Assembly (NCBI RefSeq): GCF_947568905.1
Contig: NC_079173.1
Location: 35,464,001-35,528,000, forward strand
DNA from: Ostrea edulis
Taxonomy: Eukaryota
DNA length: 64,000 nt
Reading direction: 5' to 3'
A program made the position numbers and the translations under genes. The notes beneath the pieces are model-generated. The model was not told where the DNA came from and made no database searches. It saw nothing but the letters and a program-made list of their open reading frames with translations. Positions 38,495-49,900 of this stretch are shown piece by piece. Every line of letters begins with the position of its first letter. The stretch's first letter is position 1.

Positions 38495-39870
38495 CATTAA
38501 TTTTCTCCTTGAAGGCGTTTGATACACAGAAATATCTTCAATCATTGGATATTTCACAAGTATTCAAGAAGATGTTGGTTTGTTTGTGCAGTGTTTTGAA
38601 CCGAGGCTGTAAGATTTCAGCAATATGTCAAAAATAGGCTAAGCTGCCAAACAAACCTCCTCAGATGACCTAAACTTAAACATTAATCATGCCCTTAATC
38701 AGGATAATCCAAAAGTATTGCTGATCCTGCAATCAATATCTAACTTTCTGTTCCACCGCAGAACTTTTTAAAAAAAAATTTAAAAGAAATTAAAGAAAAA
38801 TCAATTAATCCCTTAGTGGTAGACCAAATACAATATGATATTTAGGGCATATTACAAAAGAAAAGCATGCATGTTGAGCATTGAATGCAATCCAAGTATT
38901 AAAAATGCATTGAATGCAATCCAAGTATATTTGCTGGAGTAACAATGCTGAAGTTAAACAAATCTTCCTTTAACCACATTTACTGCTGTTGGCTGTTGTT
39001 TGTGTGCTGCATTCCTTATAAAACAAAGACAATAAAATATAAATAATGAATGTACCTCTGTCTGAAAAAGCTCCAAATAGCGGGCATCTTGACACATCAC
39101 AGATATCAAACTACTGAACAGTTTTGGAAATTATAACTCCAAAAGTCCACGGTTGTGACCTGGTTGGGTTGATGTCATAGAACCTGAATTCTATGGACAT
39201 TTGATATGACAGGGGAACATGCTCATTAAAACACCAAACCGATAAGAACAACGACCTGTGAAATCTGAGTCTGACTCCCTGTAAGCATTGTGTCTGTATG
39301 TTCATTCTGCTATTGTTCTCTCAAAACCAGCTGATTGCACACAATTTTAATAAGCAATTTGTTATTAATCTGTTGTCACCACTTTAATCAATATGTAGTT
39401 TAGTCAGCACATTGGTGGTGACTTAGTGAATTACACGGTGCCGTAAAAATTTTACTCCCCAAAAAACAACTTATATGTGAGTATATACGGCACTCTTGTC
39501 CATTTTGATAATACTTGGTGAAAACTCTTCCACAATGTTTAAACAAATTTCCATTTATGCACTTTTCTGAGGACAATATTTTTTTAAGGTACACCATTTT
39601 CCAATATAATAATGTATGTGGGATATCTTTTTTTTTGACAGTATAAGTGTTTGTATTCAACTTCAATCAAGGATTTAATAAATTTGAATTATCTCAGATC
39701 TATTGAAATGAATATGATGAATTCATTAAATAGTGAAAAATAATCATTCAATATCCACTCATGTGGATTAGGAAAATTCACCCTCAGATAATCAAAGATT
39801 AAACAAATTCTCATACTAAGCAGCAAATCATGTCCCCATGGTGGAGATTCCCAATTCCACACTCACACAA

Positions 39871-39996
39871 GTGAAAGATTATTTAGTTAACACGAATGAG
39901 ATAAGCAGACATACCCAGGGGTGGATCCATACACCAGTGAAGGATTATTTAGTTAACACGAATGAGATAAGCAGACATACCCAGGGGTGGATCCAT
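39871..39996. repeat. 66-bp tandem duplication spanning the exon-2 donor
   Basis: ATAAGCAGACATACCCAGGGGTGGATCCAT at 39901 and 39967. Confidence 0.93.
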
Positions 39997-41226
39997 CCTC
40001 CTCCTCCTCCTCATCGTCATCCTCAACATCCGCTTTATCCAGAATCTTCTGCTTCCTTGCTGGAGCTCCCAAAACAGGAGGCCTCTGTTCATGCACCATC
40101 ACCTCCGATTTTGATCCTTTCCGATAGTAAGATGTCCCGTGGCCAGATACAGTGGACGGCACTGGCTGCTTCAGCTGATTGGCCCATGTGTCCGGTTTGG
40201 GTGGTTTCTTCTCTGAAATTGGTGTTTCTAAAGTCGCTGGCTGATGCTTTGAATTCTTTTCCTCTTCCTTAATAATTTTTGATATGGGATCTTTCACCTC
40301 TTCATAAGGTTTAGTTGGGGTGTAGTTCAGATTGCGTATTTTGCTGGGAGATTCTTTGGTGTTGTTACTGGACATTCCTGGTTTGGGGAGGGAAGTAGAT
40401 GATGAGGGCTGCTTTAGTGTGGCCGGTTTGGAACTTACATTGCTTGGTATCGACTCGGTTTTGGACTCTGTGACTTTTGATATAATGGTGTTAATCTGAG
40501 TTCCAAAGTTGGGAGGGGCAGCCACTTTTTGGATAACAGTCACCCCATTTGACCCTTGCCGAGTGATGACTTGGTCACCCTGTTGCGTGACGGTCTTTTG
40601 ACTCAAGGGAGCAGACTTTGCCTTGCTATTATCACTGTCCGTCTGATCGATGTTCAATTTCACAACTTTCTTCACACCATCATTGCTACTGAATTTCACG
40701 TTTTGATCCTTTGATGAATTACTAATACCAGGCTCTTTTATAACAATGTGAGCCTCTCTTTGAAGTCCTCCGACCTCCTTAGGAGCTAAGATTTCCTTCT
40801 GCACCACTTTAGTCTCTTTTTTGACTGCACTCTGAGGTCTCATAAAAGAGTTCACAGGAAATGTTCCCCCACTGGTGTTACTAGAAACACTGCCGGTGTT
40901 CCCCGGGCCAGCTGAAGATGACGGGGCAGCAGAACTTTGAGAGGATGCAAAAGTTTTTATCATTTTCTGATGATTTTGGTTCAGTAGATCCGACACAATG
41001 TCCTTGGCACTGAGTGGGCGGTTGTAAGGATTGGTGAGTGGTTTGGCAGCCTGAGAAACAAGAGGTTTGCCTACATTGTTTGGAGCAATGTATGTCTGTC
41101 CTCCCTGCTTGTTAAATGGGACTGGCGCCGGGTTAGGGTGACGGCTTACCCTGAAAGGAGTAGGGACCATAGAAGAGGTCAAGGCTGCTTGGTTGATGTT
41201 GCCATAGGCGCTGTTCCCGTCCGGTC
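39981..41226 (-). CDS. TTLL4: TTLL4 coding exon 2 (1246 nt, low-complexity N-terminal region)
   Basis: Matches the 409-aa ORF; acceptor TATTTTTCAG at 41227-41228, donor GG|GTATGT; phase 1 to 2 fits its neighbours. Confidence 0.85.
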
Positions 41227-42757
41227 CTGAAAAATATACTTATCAGTTCAGTGCTTCATATTTGGAAACGTTTCCATTGTGAAACTTAATGGCTTACTCA
41301 AAACCATACAAGTAATATCCGTGTAGTGTCTACTTCAATTTATCCATATCAACAATTCTATCTTAACAATTTCTACTCATTCCACAACAAAGACATTTTT
41401 CGTTCACGACTTCAAGCTAGAAAAATTTTAATATGATTTACTTTTTCCGCACTACTTTTTGTTTACAAAATACCATATATATCCAATAATAAAATCTCTA
41501 TGTAAATCCAAACATGGGGCAGTAAAAAAATGTCTAATTCTGATGATGCAGGGACAGGGTCAGTACACTGTCGAGTAGACTCCTGCCGATAAGTGTCTAT
41601 CACTGAAGAAACACAGATTAGGCTCTAAATTGGATTTATCATGAAACCCCCCAGAAGCCCACTTTGGATAATGGTGGAAAGTCTCCTAAAACATTTGTTG
41701 TTGAGCAATACAGAGGTGATGGAGGAAACAATCAATGATCATTACTGCTTCTTCCCCCCTTGTACTTCATTCACTGGACAATCTCACCACAGGGCATCAG
41801 GAATTAATTGATTTACAATTATTAAAGATTTGTGTGTATTGGTCCTGTTGAGATGTTGATAGCTTAGACAGGAAATGAGCACAAATTAGAAAATTGTTCA
41901 TTAACACAGATTTCCAATAAAACAGTCAATACTTTCTATCATTAACACCCCTAGATTGATAATTCTCAGATTAATACAAATTTCTCTTATTCCATAGACA
42001 TGTACTCAAGTTTCAAAAAACTTAATCAGTGGTTTAACTTTCTAATTCAAACAAATTTACTACCATCTTTGCTATTTATTTAATCAATGTTATCTCTAAA
42101 GCAGAAGCTGGTAGATGCTCAAGGTCATGTTTTCCTGCACTAGTTGTGACTATAGTGTACAGTGTAACCATGGTGACACAATATATATTCATACACTCTC
42201 ATTTTTAAAAAAAAATATAATTATATATTCTATGGAAAACCATGTTTTTAAAAAGCAATATTATAGAATACCCAGTCACTGAGGTTTTATTCTATTTTTT
42301 ATTTTTAGCAATAGGGCTAAAATAGACTGTGTCTGCTGCCCAATCCCATTCACTTTGTGAATAAAACATGGTTTACCAAAATTAGATTTTATTTTCTTCC
42401 AAATAACTGAAGTCAATTAAGTGAAAATTATGTGATTCAGAAGATTTATTCTGCTGAACTATCAAGTGAAAATGCTGATTGAAATCATTATTCAATGTTA
42501 ACTCGGCATTATTTTTAATCATCCTTACAATCATGGTAATGAAAATGAAAAACTTGGTAAGAAATTCTGCATGAAAGGGTAGTAAAAATGAAAATTCAGT
42601 TAAAAATCATAATTGCATGAGCTTTAAAACCAATATGTTTCTGTATAACATAGATATATACATGTACTTAAAAAAACAAATATTGCATTGTACAGGATAG
42701 ATGTGTATATATATATATTAAAAGAAATAGAATAAACAGTACACAAAGTTAAAAATT

Positions 42758-42795
42758 TAACGCAAGCGCTTTCATTTTATAATCCTCAGGCGTTA
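42758..42795 (-). ncRNA. Second copy of the minimal hammerhead motif (inverted arm; sense in TTLL4 pre-mRNA)
   Basis: Reverse complement of 43916-43953. Confidence 0.7.
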
Positions 42796-43027
42796 CATTT
42801 TAAAATAGTTTTGAAATGGTTTGACGTCATAAAGGCGTCCTAACATTTCACGTACATAACGACGTCATAAACGAATGAAGGGAAAGGGATTTTACGTTAA
42901 GCATATTATGACGTCATAGATAGTAACAGTAAACATATTTTACAGTAAGCTATTGAGAGCCGGTTTTAAAGTCGGGAAATAGTATTTTCTGTATACAGTT
43001 TATAAAACGGAAATACACTGAATTGTC

Positions 43028-43771
43028 CGTTTAGGGGAATTAAATAGTTATTTACAAAAACAGAATTATCCAATCAAACTTATAAACGACGGAATCAAGA
43101 AAGCCAGAGAACTCAATAGAGAAAATCTTATCAATAAATCCAAAATCAATCCCACAACAAATTCACACATTTTACCGTTTGTTACAACATACAACCCAAG
43201 GAAGTCTAATGTTACACCTATCGTTCGGCAACTCAACGACCTACTAAAAACAGATGAAAAAATGGGGAAAATTATGAAGAAATATACTTTTATCAACAGC
43301 AAGAGACAACCGAAAAATCTTAGGAGACTGTTATGTAAATCTAATTTTCAGGAAAAGTCCAACAAAAAAATTTTCACCATTACCAAATGTGACGATCGGC
43401 GATGCGGAACGTGTCCATACTTAAGGGAAGGAAGTTCGTTCGAATTTAACAACAAGGAATTTACGGTAAATTCGGATATGACGTGCTCCACCAAAAATTT
43501 AATTTATGTTATAACATGTGCTGGCTGTGGAAAACATTATATCGGTGAAACTGGAACTACTCTGCGAACTCGTATACGAGTTCATAGACAACACATTTCA
43601 GCACCCGAATACAGAAAAATTAAAGTTAGTGAACATATAGATGTGTGTGGCCACGGACAATTCAGTGTATTTCCGTTTTATAAACTGTATACAGAAAATA
43701 CTATTTCCCGACGAGAAAAAGAAAGACACTTTATTAAGACTTTAAAACCGGCTCTCAATAGCTTACTGTAA
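43028..43771 (+). pseudogene. PLE ORF remnant: RT thumb/linker plus intact GIY-YIG endonuclease
   Basis: Open frame RLGELNSYLQKQNYPIKLI...LPFVTTYNP...CDDRRCGTC...NLIYVITCAGCGKHYIGETGTTLRTRIRVHRQHI...RREKERHFIKTLKPALN; the catalytic RT core is absent. Confidence 0.88.
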
Positions 43772-43915
43772 AATATGTTTACTGTTACTATCTATGACGT
43801 CATAATATGCTTAACGTAAAATCCCTTTCCCTTCATTCGTTTATGACGTCGTTATGTACGTGAAATGTTAGGACGCCTTTATGACGTCAAACCATTTCAA
43901 AACTATTTTAAAATG

Positions 43916-43953
43916 TAACGCCTGAGGATTATAAAATGAAAGCGCTTGCGTTA
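43916..43953 (+). ncRNA. Minimal type I hammerhead ribozyme motif in the PLE pLTR
   Basis: Stem I UAACGC/GCGUUA, core CUGAGGA...GAAA, palindromic stem III AGCGCU, CUU cleavage triplet. This is the minimal HHR architecture known from PLE pLTRs. Confidence 0.72.
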
Positions 43954-44038
43954 AATTTTTAACTTTGTGTACTGTTTATTCTATTTCTTTTAATATTTTA
44001 TACCGGACACTGTGATTTTTTTTAAAAACACAATTTGG

Positions 44039-44069
<31 letters not shown>

Positions 44070-44589
44070 TATATATTCCAATTTATATATATAGTAGAAA
44101 AACAAATATTACATGTACATGGATTTAAACAAGGCCTTCATTAATCAATGACAACAATGAATATGTATGGACACCATTTACATCCTAGCAATGATTACAG
44201 TCATAAGAATATTCTAACATACACGTGTTTTTTTTTCATCATATTGCCAATAACTGAGACTGAGAGTAGGGGGAGGGGGGGGGGGGGGGGGTGGTCAAAC
44301 AAAATGCTCACCTGAGTAATTCCATAATCCCATCAACTGTCACAAGTATGGCCTCACCCTGACCCTGGGGTCTTGGTGTGAAATTTACAGTAGATGTGAA
44401 ACATTGCAGATTAATTTGACAAGTTGTACCCTGGCAGTTCTTGGGTAGATTTACAAAGAATGTTTTACCTCCGATGTTAAACTATAACCCCCTCTTTTGG
44501 TCCCACCATAAACACAGGGTTCATATCGTTTATAACCACAATTGTTCTAACAGGACTAATGTCCCCCACAGGGCACATCGGATGGTGGG

Positions 44590-45141
44590 AGCTATCACTT
44601 TCAGTTATTTATAGAACTAAGTCTAACCTATAGCTATCACTTTCAGTTATTAATAGAACTGTCTTTACCTATAGTTATCACTTTCAGTTATTTACAGAAC
44701 TGACTTTACCTATAGCTATCACTTACAGTTATTTACAGAACTGTCTTTACCTATAGTTATCACTTACAGCTATTTATAGAACTGACATTACCTATAGCTA
44801 TCACTTTCTGCTATTTATAGAACTGACTTTACCTATAGCTATCACTTTCAGCTATTTATAGAACTGACTTTACCTATAGCTATTACTTTCAGTTATTTAT
44901 AGAACTAAATCTTTACCTATAGCTATCACTTTCTGCTATTTATAGAACTGACTTTACCTATAGCTATCACTTTCAGCTATTTATAGAACTGACTTTACCT
45001 ATAGCTATCACTTTCAGTTATTTATAGAACTAAATCTTTACCTATAGCTATCACTTTCTGCTATTTATAGAACTGACTTTACCTATAGCTATCACTTTCT
45101 GTTATTTATAGAACTGACTTTACCTATAGCTATCACTTTCT
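44590..45141. repeat. 41-bp (some 43-bp) minisatellite, about 13 copies, containing the exon-1 donor
   Basis: CTATAGCTATCACTTTCAGTTATTTATAGAACTGACTTTAC; minus strand ATAG|GTAAAG in each unit. Confidence 0.96.
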
Positions 45142-45286
45142 GCTGATTGTAGAACTGGTTGGGTCTGGTTATCTGTTGGTTATATTTCAGCACCGGTTTC
45201 TGGGTCGTCTGGCGCAGGGGGAGCTGTTTCTTGAGGGATAGCTCCTCCAAGCTGGCAGTCAGGTTGCTTAAACTGGGGTCCCCCAT
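45124..45286 (-). CDS. TTLL4: TTLL4 coding exon 1 (ATG at 45286; exon acceptor at 45392)
   Basis: GCAATGG start context; MGDPSLSNLTASLEELSLKKQLPLRQ...QQKVIAI; ATAG|GTAAAG donor in phase 1 joins the next exon in frame; upstream acceptor TTGTTTGCAG. Confidence 0.78.
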
Positions 45287-45944
45287 TGCTGGAGGTCAAG
45301 GGTCAAACGTCAAGATCTGGTAATGCAGTGTATGTATTCCATAGCGTGGCCTACAAGAGATCCCTCAGAATCTCTGGTGGTGTGACAAAGTTCTGCAAAC
45401 AATAAAATATATTGTAAAATTCACTTCAGTCTTTGAAAGTTAAGCCAGTCTGGCCTCCTGACCCAAATTCAGTAAAATTGGGGATGGACTTGTAAACTTA
45501 TTACTCACACAAGACCATCAGGCCTGTGTTTTTCAACAGTATCACTGACTTTCACTTCAAATTCAATTACCATCATACATTGAAACATGAAGCAAAAACT
45601 GCAATTAGATGGTGATTTGATGTAATCTTGAACTCTTTCTTCACATTAAGTTCTTTGATTTGGGCCAGTGAATTTCGATTTCGTCAAACAGTCCTGATAC
45701 AGAGGCCGTACAGCCAGTGCTCAAAACAGTTTTTGCTTATTAAGACTTCATGAATATCTACTCTAAATGTCTCTTTATCAGGGTTTAAAACTGCATAACA
45801 TTTAAACAAGTAAGAACAGGAACTGGTGTCAACAGTAAAAGTAATCATGACATTATGTCTCTTGCTTATATAGAACATAATTAACACCACCTCCATTCAC
45901 GGCAGGATTTACAATTTTAATTCCTATTCAAATGAAAGAAAGCA

Positions 45945-46440
45945 GAGGTGAGCGTTAACTCACATAACCAAGCTCCAACATTGCTTGACAATACTTCAAA
46001 TAATGAATGGTAATGTTATGCATTACTGCAAGAACAGGATCTCGACAGTTGGGCTCAAAATTCTAAGTTCAAAAGGGGCATTTTTTAACACCTAGAAAAA
46101 TTATTGAATCAGAATTTCCTGGAATTATGCACATCTACACAGTGTGTCCTTACTAACTAAAAAGTTTCATGAAATTCTGTTGTGCGGTCTCTGAAGAGTT
46201 GCGCTGACAAGAACAGGACAAACAGATTCGAAATTTTAAGTTCAAAAAGGGGAATAACTCCCACAAAAATTATTGAATCATAATTTTCTGGGAATATGCA
46301 CATCTACACAGTGTGTCCTTATTAACTACAAAGTTTCATGATATTCTGTTGAGCAGTCTCAGAGGGGTTGCGCTGACAAGAAAGGAACTAACGGACGGGT
46401 CAAAAACATGATACCTTCCGCAACTTTGTTGTGTGGGTTA
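45945..46440 (+). mobile_element. HINE-like element with two internal repeat units
   Basis: Two copies of GAATCAGAATTT...CATCTACACAGTGTGTCCTT...GTTGCGCTGACAAG; ends ACGGACGGGTCAAAAACA. Confidence 0.55.
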
Positions 46441-46739
46441 TAGTTACGTACAACAATTCACTCATAAAGCTCAGTAACAAAACTTTCTTATCTAAACAAT
46501 ATTTCTCGGTATTTAATGGTACTTTATAAATCATACATTCCCTTGAAAACCTTTTTTTTTCCTTTTTTTTTTTTTTTTTTTACCAAAATGACAGTTATAA
46601 CTTACAAGTCTCTGACAGTATCCTTCACACACTGAAATTTCAAATAATTTACAATTTTTTTTCTCAAACAGTCACGACTCAAGTACACCCCAAACATGCA
46701 AAAGTGGACTCCGAAATTCTTTGTCTTTAAAATAGTGGA

Positions 46740-46985
46740 CTCAGGTTGAAATATATTCTTTCACCTTGTAATAGCTACTAGTGGACTCAGAAATATTCCT
46801 TGTCCTTGTAATAGCTACTAGTGGACTCAGAAATATATATTCCTTGTCCTTGTAATAGATACTAGTGGACTCAGAAATATATATTCCTTGTCCTTGTAAT
46901 AGCTACTAGCGGACTCAGAAATATATATATTCCTTGTCCTTGTAATAGCTATACATGCTACAAGCTAGTGGACTCAGAAATATTT
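46740..46985. repeat. About 40-44-bp minisatellite, about 5 copies
   Basis: TAGTGGACTCAGAAATATTCCTTGTCCTTGTAATAGCTAC. Confidence 0.88.
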
Positions 46986-49900
46986 TTTCTGTCTTTTCTA
47001 TTATGAACTCAGAAATAAGATGTTCTCTGTATTTTTAATAGTGGATTAAGATGTTGGGTTAGCAATTTATAGTTTGTACATTGGAGTCCCACAGAAATTT
47101 TAAAATTTTACACTAAAATTGTAATTTGAGCTATACAGACACCATTTCAAATTCTAAATTTTCAAGAACACTAAACTATACAATTACTAAATTACTTATA
47201 TGCTATATAGATTTTGTTCATCACAATTTCGATATGTGCGTTATTTACCCTAATAGTACATGTATGTCAAAAACATTTATTAGCTATAGAACCTTCCATA
47301 TAGGCCCAGGTGTTGTGTGCATATGTATTTTTCATTGAATGAAATAAAACAAGCTCTGCAGTTGACTGGAGGATAGTAGGAGCAATAAGAAGAGTGTCAG
47401 ATGGAGAAGTTGGAATGTGGTCACGATGGTAGCAAAGAGACAGTGATTTGGGGAGTGTGTCACTGTCTTATCTGCCTCCTGTTGTGGACTCACTCAGAGA
47501 ATTAAGTGCTATAGTAAGTCATATGATTAAAATAATTAAAATAATTCAATAATAATGTTCCAATTGTGACTTTTAAAACAAGATCTAGTAGGTTTGTGAA
47601 ACACTGATGCCACTATATGGCGCAGCAAAGTAATTCTGGTACCCAAAGAAAGATACACGACATGAAATACGAAAGCCAGCTTTACTAGCACTAATTGTTC
47701 AAAAGTCATGGCCAAGGTTAAAGACTTTCAAAAGTAAGTAAAACTCCAAGGTCAAAAGTAAGTAAAACTCCAAGGTCAAAAATTGGCAACCTAAAGAAAG
47801 GTCTTGTCACAAGGAATACACATGTATGTGAAATATGAAAGCCCTTTCACCAACCATTCAAATGTTATGGCCAAAGTTAAAGTTTTTGTGTACAAACTAA
47901 CAAACTGACCAAAAACTATATGCCCCAGGGCCTTCAATTGCGGAGGCAAAAATATCTAGTCATTTGTATGAATGTCAAAATTTTATATTTGCAGAAGCCT
48001 ATATGTTACCCATTTTTGCAAAACAATAATATTACTAGCACTAGGTTGCTACTGCCAACCGGCATGTTAATTCATAAAATCCTGTCAGTGCCGATGAATT
48101 TTTCTGTGCTTACCGTAATTTAATTGTCAGAGCAAGGTGTTAAAAATGCACAAAGATCTTTCAAGACCCTGAATACACAATTCTCCCGTTTAAGACTCTG
48201 AATACACAATTCTCACAATCAACACAAAGGCATCTTTAAATCCCTCTTTCCAAAGTACAGACTGTCAACCACAATATGCAGGCACTTGACTAAAATAATT
48301 TTAATTTCAGTGTTTACCTCAACATTCAAAGAATATTTAAATGAATTCAAAAACATTTACATCTACTTGTATATATACACACTTCCAATGAGAAATGGAA
48401 ACTTCCTTCTGATAATGATGATACCCTTAGCACCAATATCCGCGCAAGCGAGTCAGTAATAAATAATTAGTATATGCATATAGCTAATTAATGTTAATTG
48501 TTGTTTGTATGTCCGACTTAAAAAATAAAGATTATTTGCTCATCTATTTCATATCATTACAAGAAATATATACAGTTGTATTGAACTATTCAAACCAAAA
48601 CAAGGCCCTGTCATTGTAAACATCATTGTCTTCTGAAGAAAGATATCTTTTCATATCACAAATAATATAAAACTTAAAGTAAAATTATCCTATCACATTG
48701 AGAAAGTCCCCTTTAATATAGCTCTTTTCTGTACTCTCCATCATAATTTGGAGCAAAATAAATCTATTAACTAAATACAAAATAATTATACACCAATCAA
48801 CAACTCACACGGCATGCTGTGATACACGATTCAGCCTACAGAATCTGACACACAATATGGATTTCTTCAGACTTTTTACATTTCTTTCTGACTGCAAGTC
48901 TCATAAATTTTGAAAATTTTGTAATTTTCTCTCTTTCTCTGTCAATCACAGTCCCCATACAATCACCCTAAGTTCTAAGAGTTCTGCTGCATCGTGTTAC
49001 GAACACAGAGCTAACCAGTCATTGCTCTGCAGATGAACCTGTCAAGGGTAATAACTCCAGTGTCAGATTAATTATCAAGGCCATTGCCAGTTCACCACCA
49101 ACACAATGTAAGTCCACTAGAAAGTGAATGGCATTTAATATGATTTTCACATAAAATATAATTCAGGGATTAATACCAGTGTTTCACCACTAACAGGGAC
49201 TTCACATAACAAATGCATACGTCTAGCTTGTCTATCATTCAATTGATTCCCATTCAACAACATTCTCTACAAAGATATACCCATTAAACAACATTCTCTG
49301 TGCATTTTCTTCCTAAATTCAAATCATTACATAAGATTTAGAATAATGACTTCTGGTAATAAAAAATTAGATAAAATGTTAGCACAGACTAAAAAAAAAA
49401 TGGAAAGCAATTCTAAGAAATAAAATTTGTGAGTGAATTTAAACGAAGATAAAAATAAAGTAACTCTGACCTTAATATTGAAAATGAACTCCTGTGTGTT
49501 CCATATAAGAGGCAATAAAGACCTTCTTATAGACTTAGAGTACCCCAACACTTCGCTCACAACAGGCTTTTAAATTGTTTCCATAAATTCAATATATCCA
49601 AATTCAAAATCTAAATGCATTCACGTATTAAGTGAACCTGTGAACCCTTTTCCCAGACATTTAACTGGCATTTTATACACACAATATATTTGTGTATTAA
49701 TTTCCTTCAGCATGCAATATCACCTGACAATTTCAGCAAAGACTGTCATTTAATAAAAAGGGGACTTATAATTCACACAGTCAGTATCAATCTACTGCTT
49801 GGCCAAAAATCTGTTCCTTATTTAATTCTGCCTTAAATCTTCTGTTCTTTTTTAAATCTTTTCCCCCATCAACTTTCACTCGCTTACATAACGTTAACTT

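Larger units (their letters stand above)
42715..43996 (+). mobile_element. 5'-truncated Penelope-like retroelement (PLE) with inverted terminal (pLTR) repeats, in TTLL4 intron
   Basis: GIY-YIG endonuclease ORF; 42715-42973 is the reverse complement of 43738-43996 (259 bp, no mismatch seen), and 42971-43030 is the reverse complement of 43653-43712. Confidence 0.92.
3862..45286 (-). other. TTLL4: TTLL4 gene span (tubulin polyglutamylase, TTL family): 17 coding exons, about 1186 aa
   Basis: Exons joined by hand at GT-AG sites with consistent phases; total 3561 nt, divisible by 3. The translation has the hallmark TTLL4 segments [93 protein letters not shown] and SILDVLTPDD. Confidence 0.95.

Noticed and set aside
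39838-40272. 144-aa plus-strand ORF
   Set aside because: Antisense shadow of TTLL4 exon 2 plus the 66-bp duplication.
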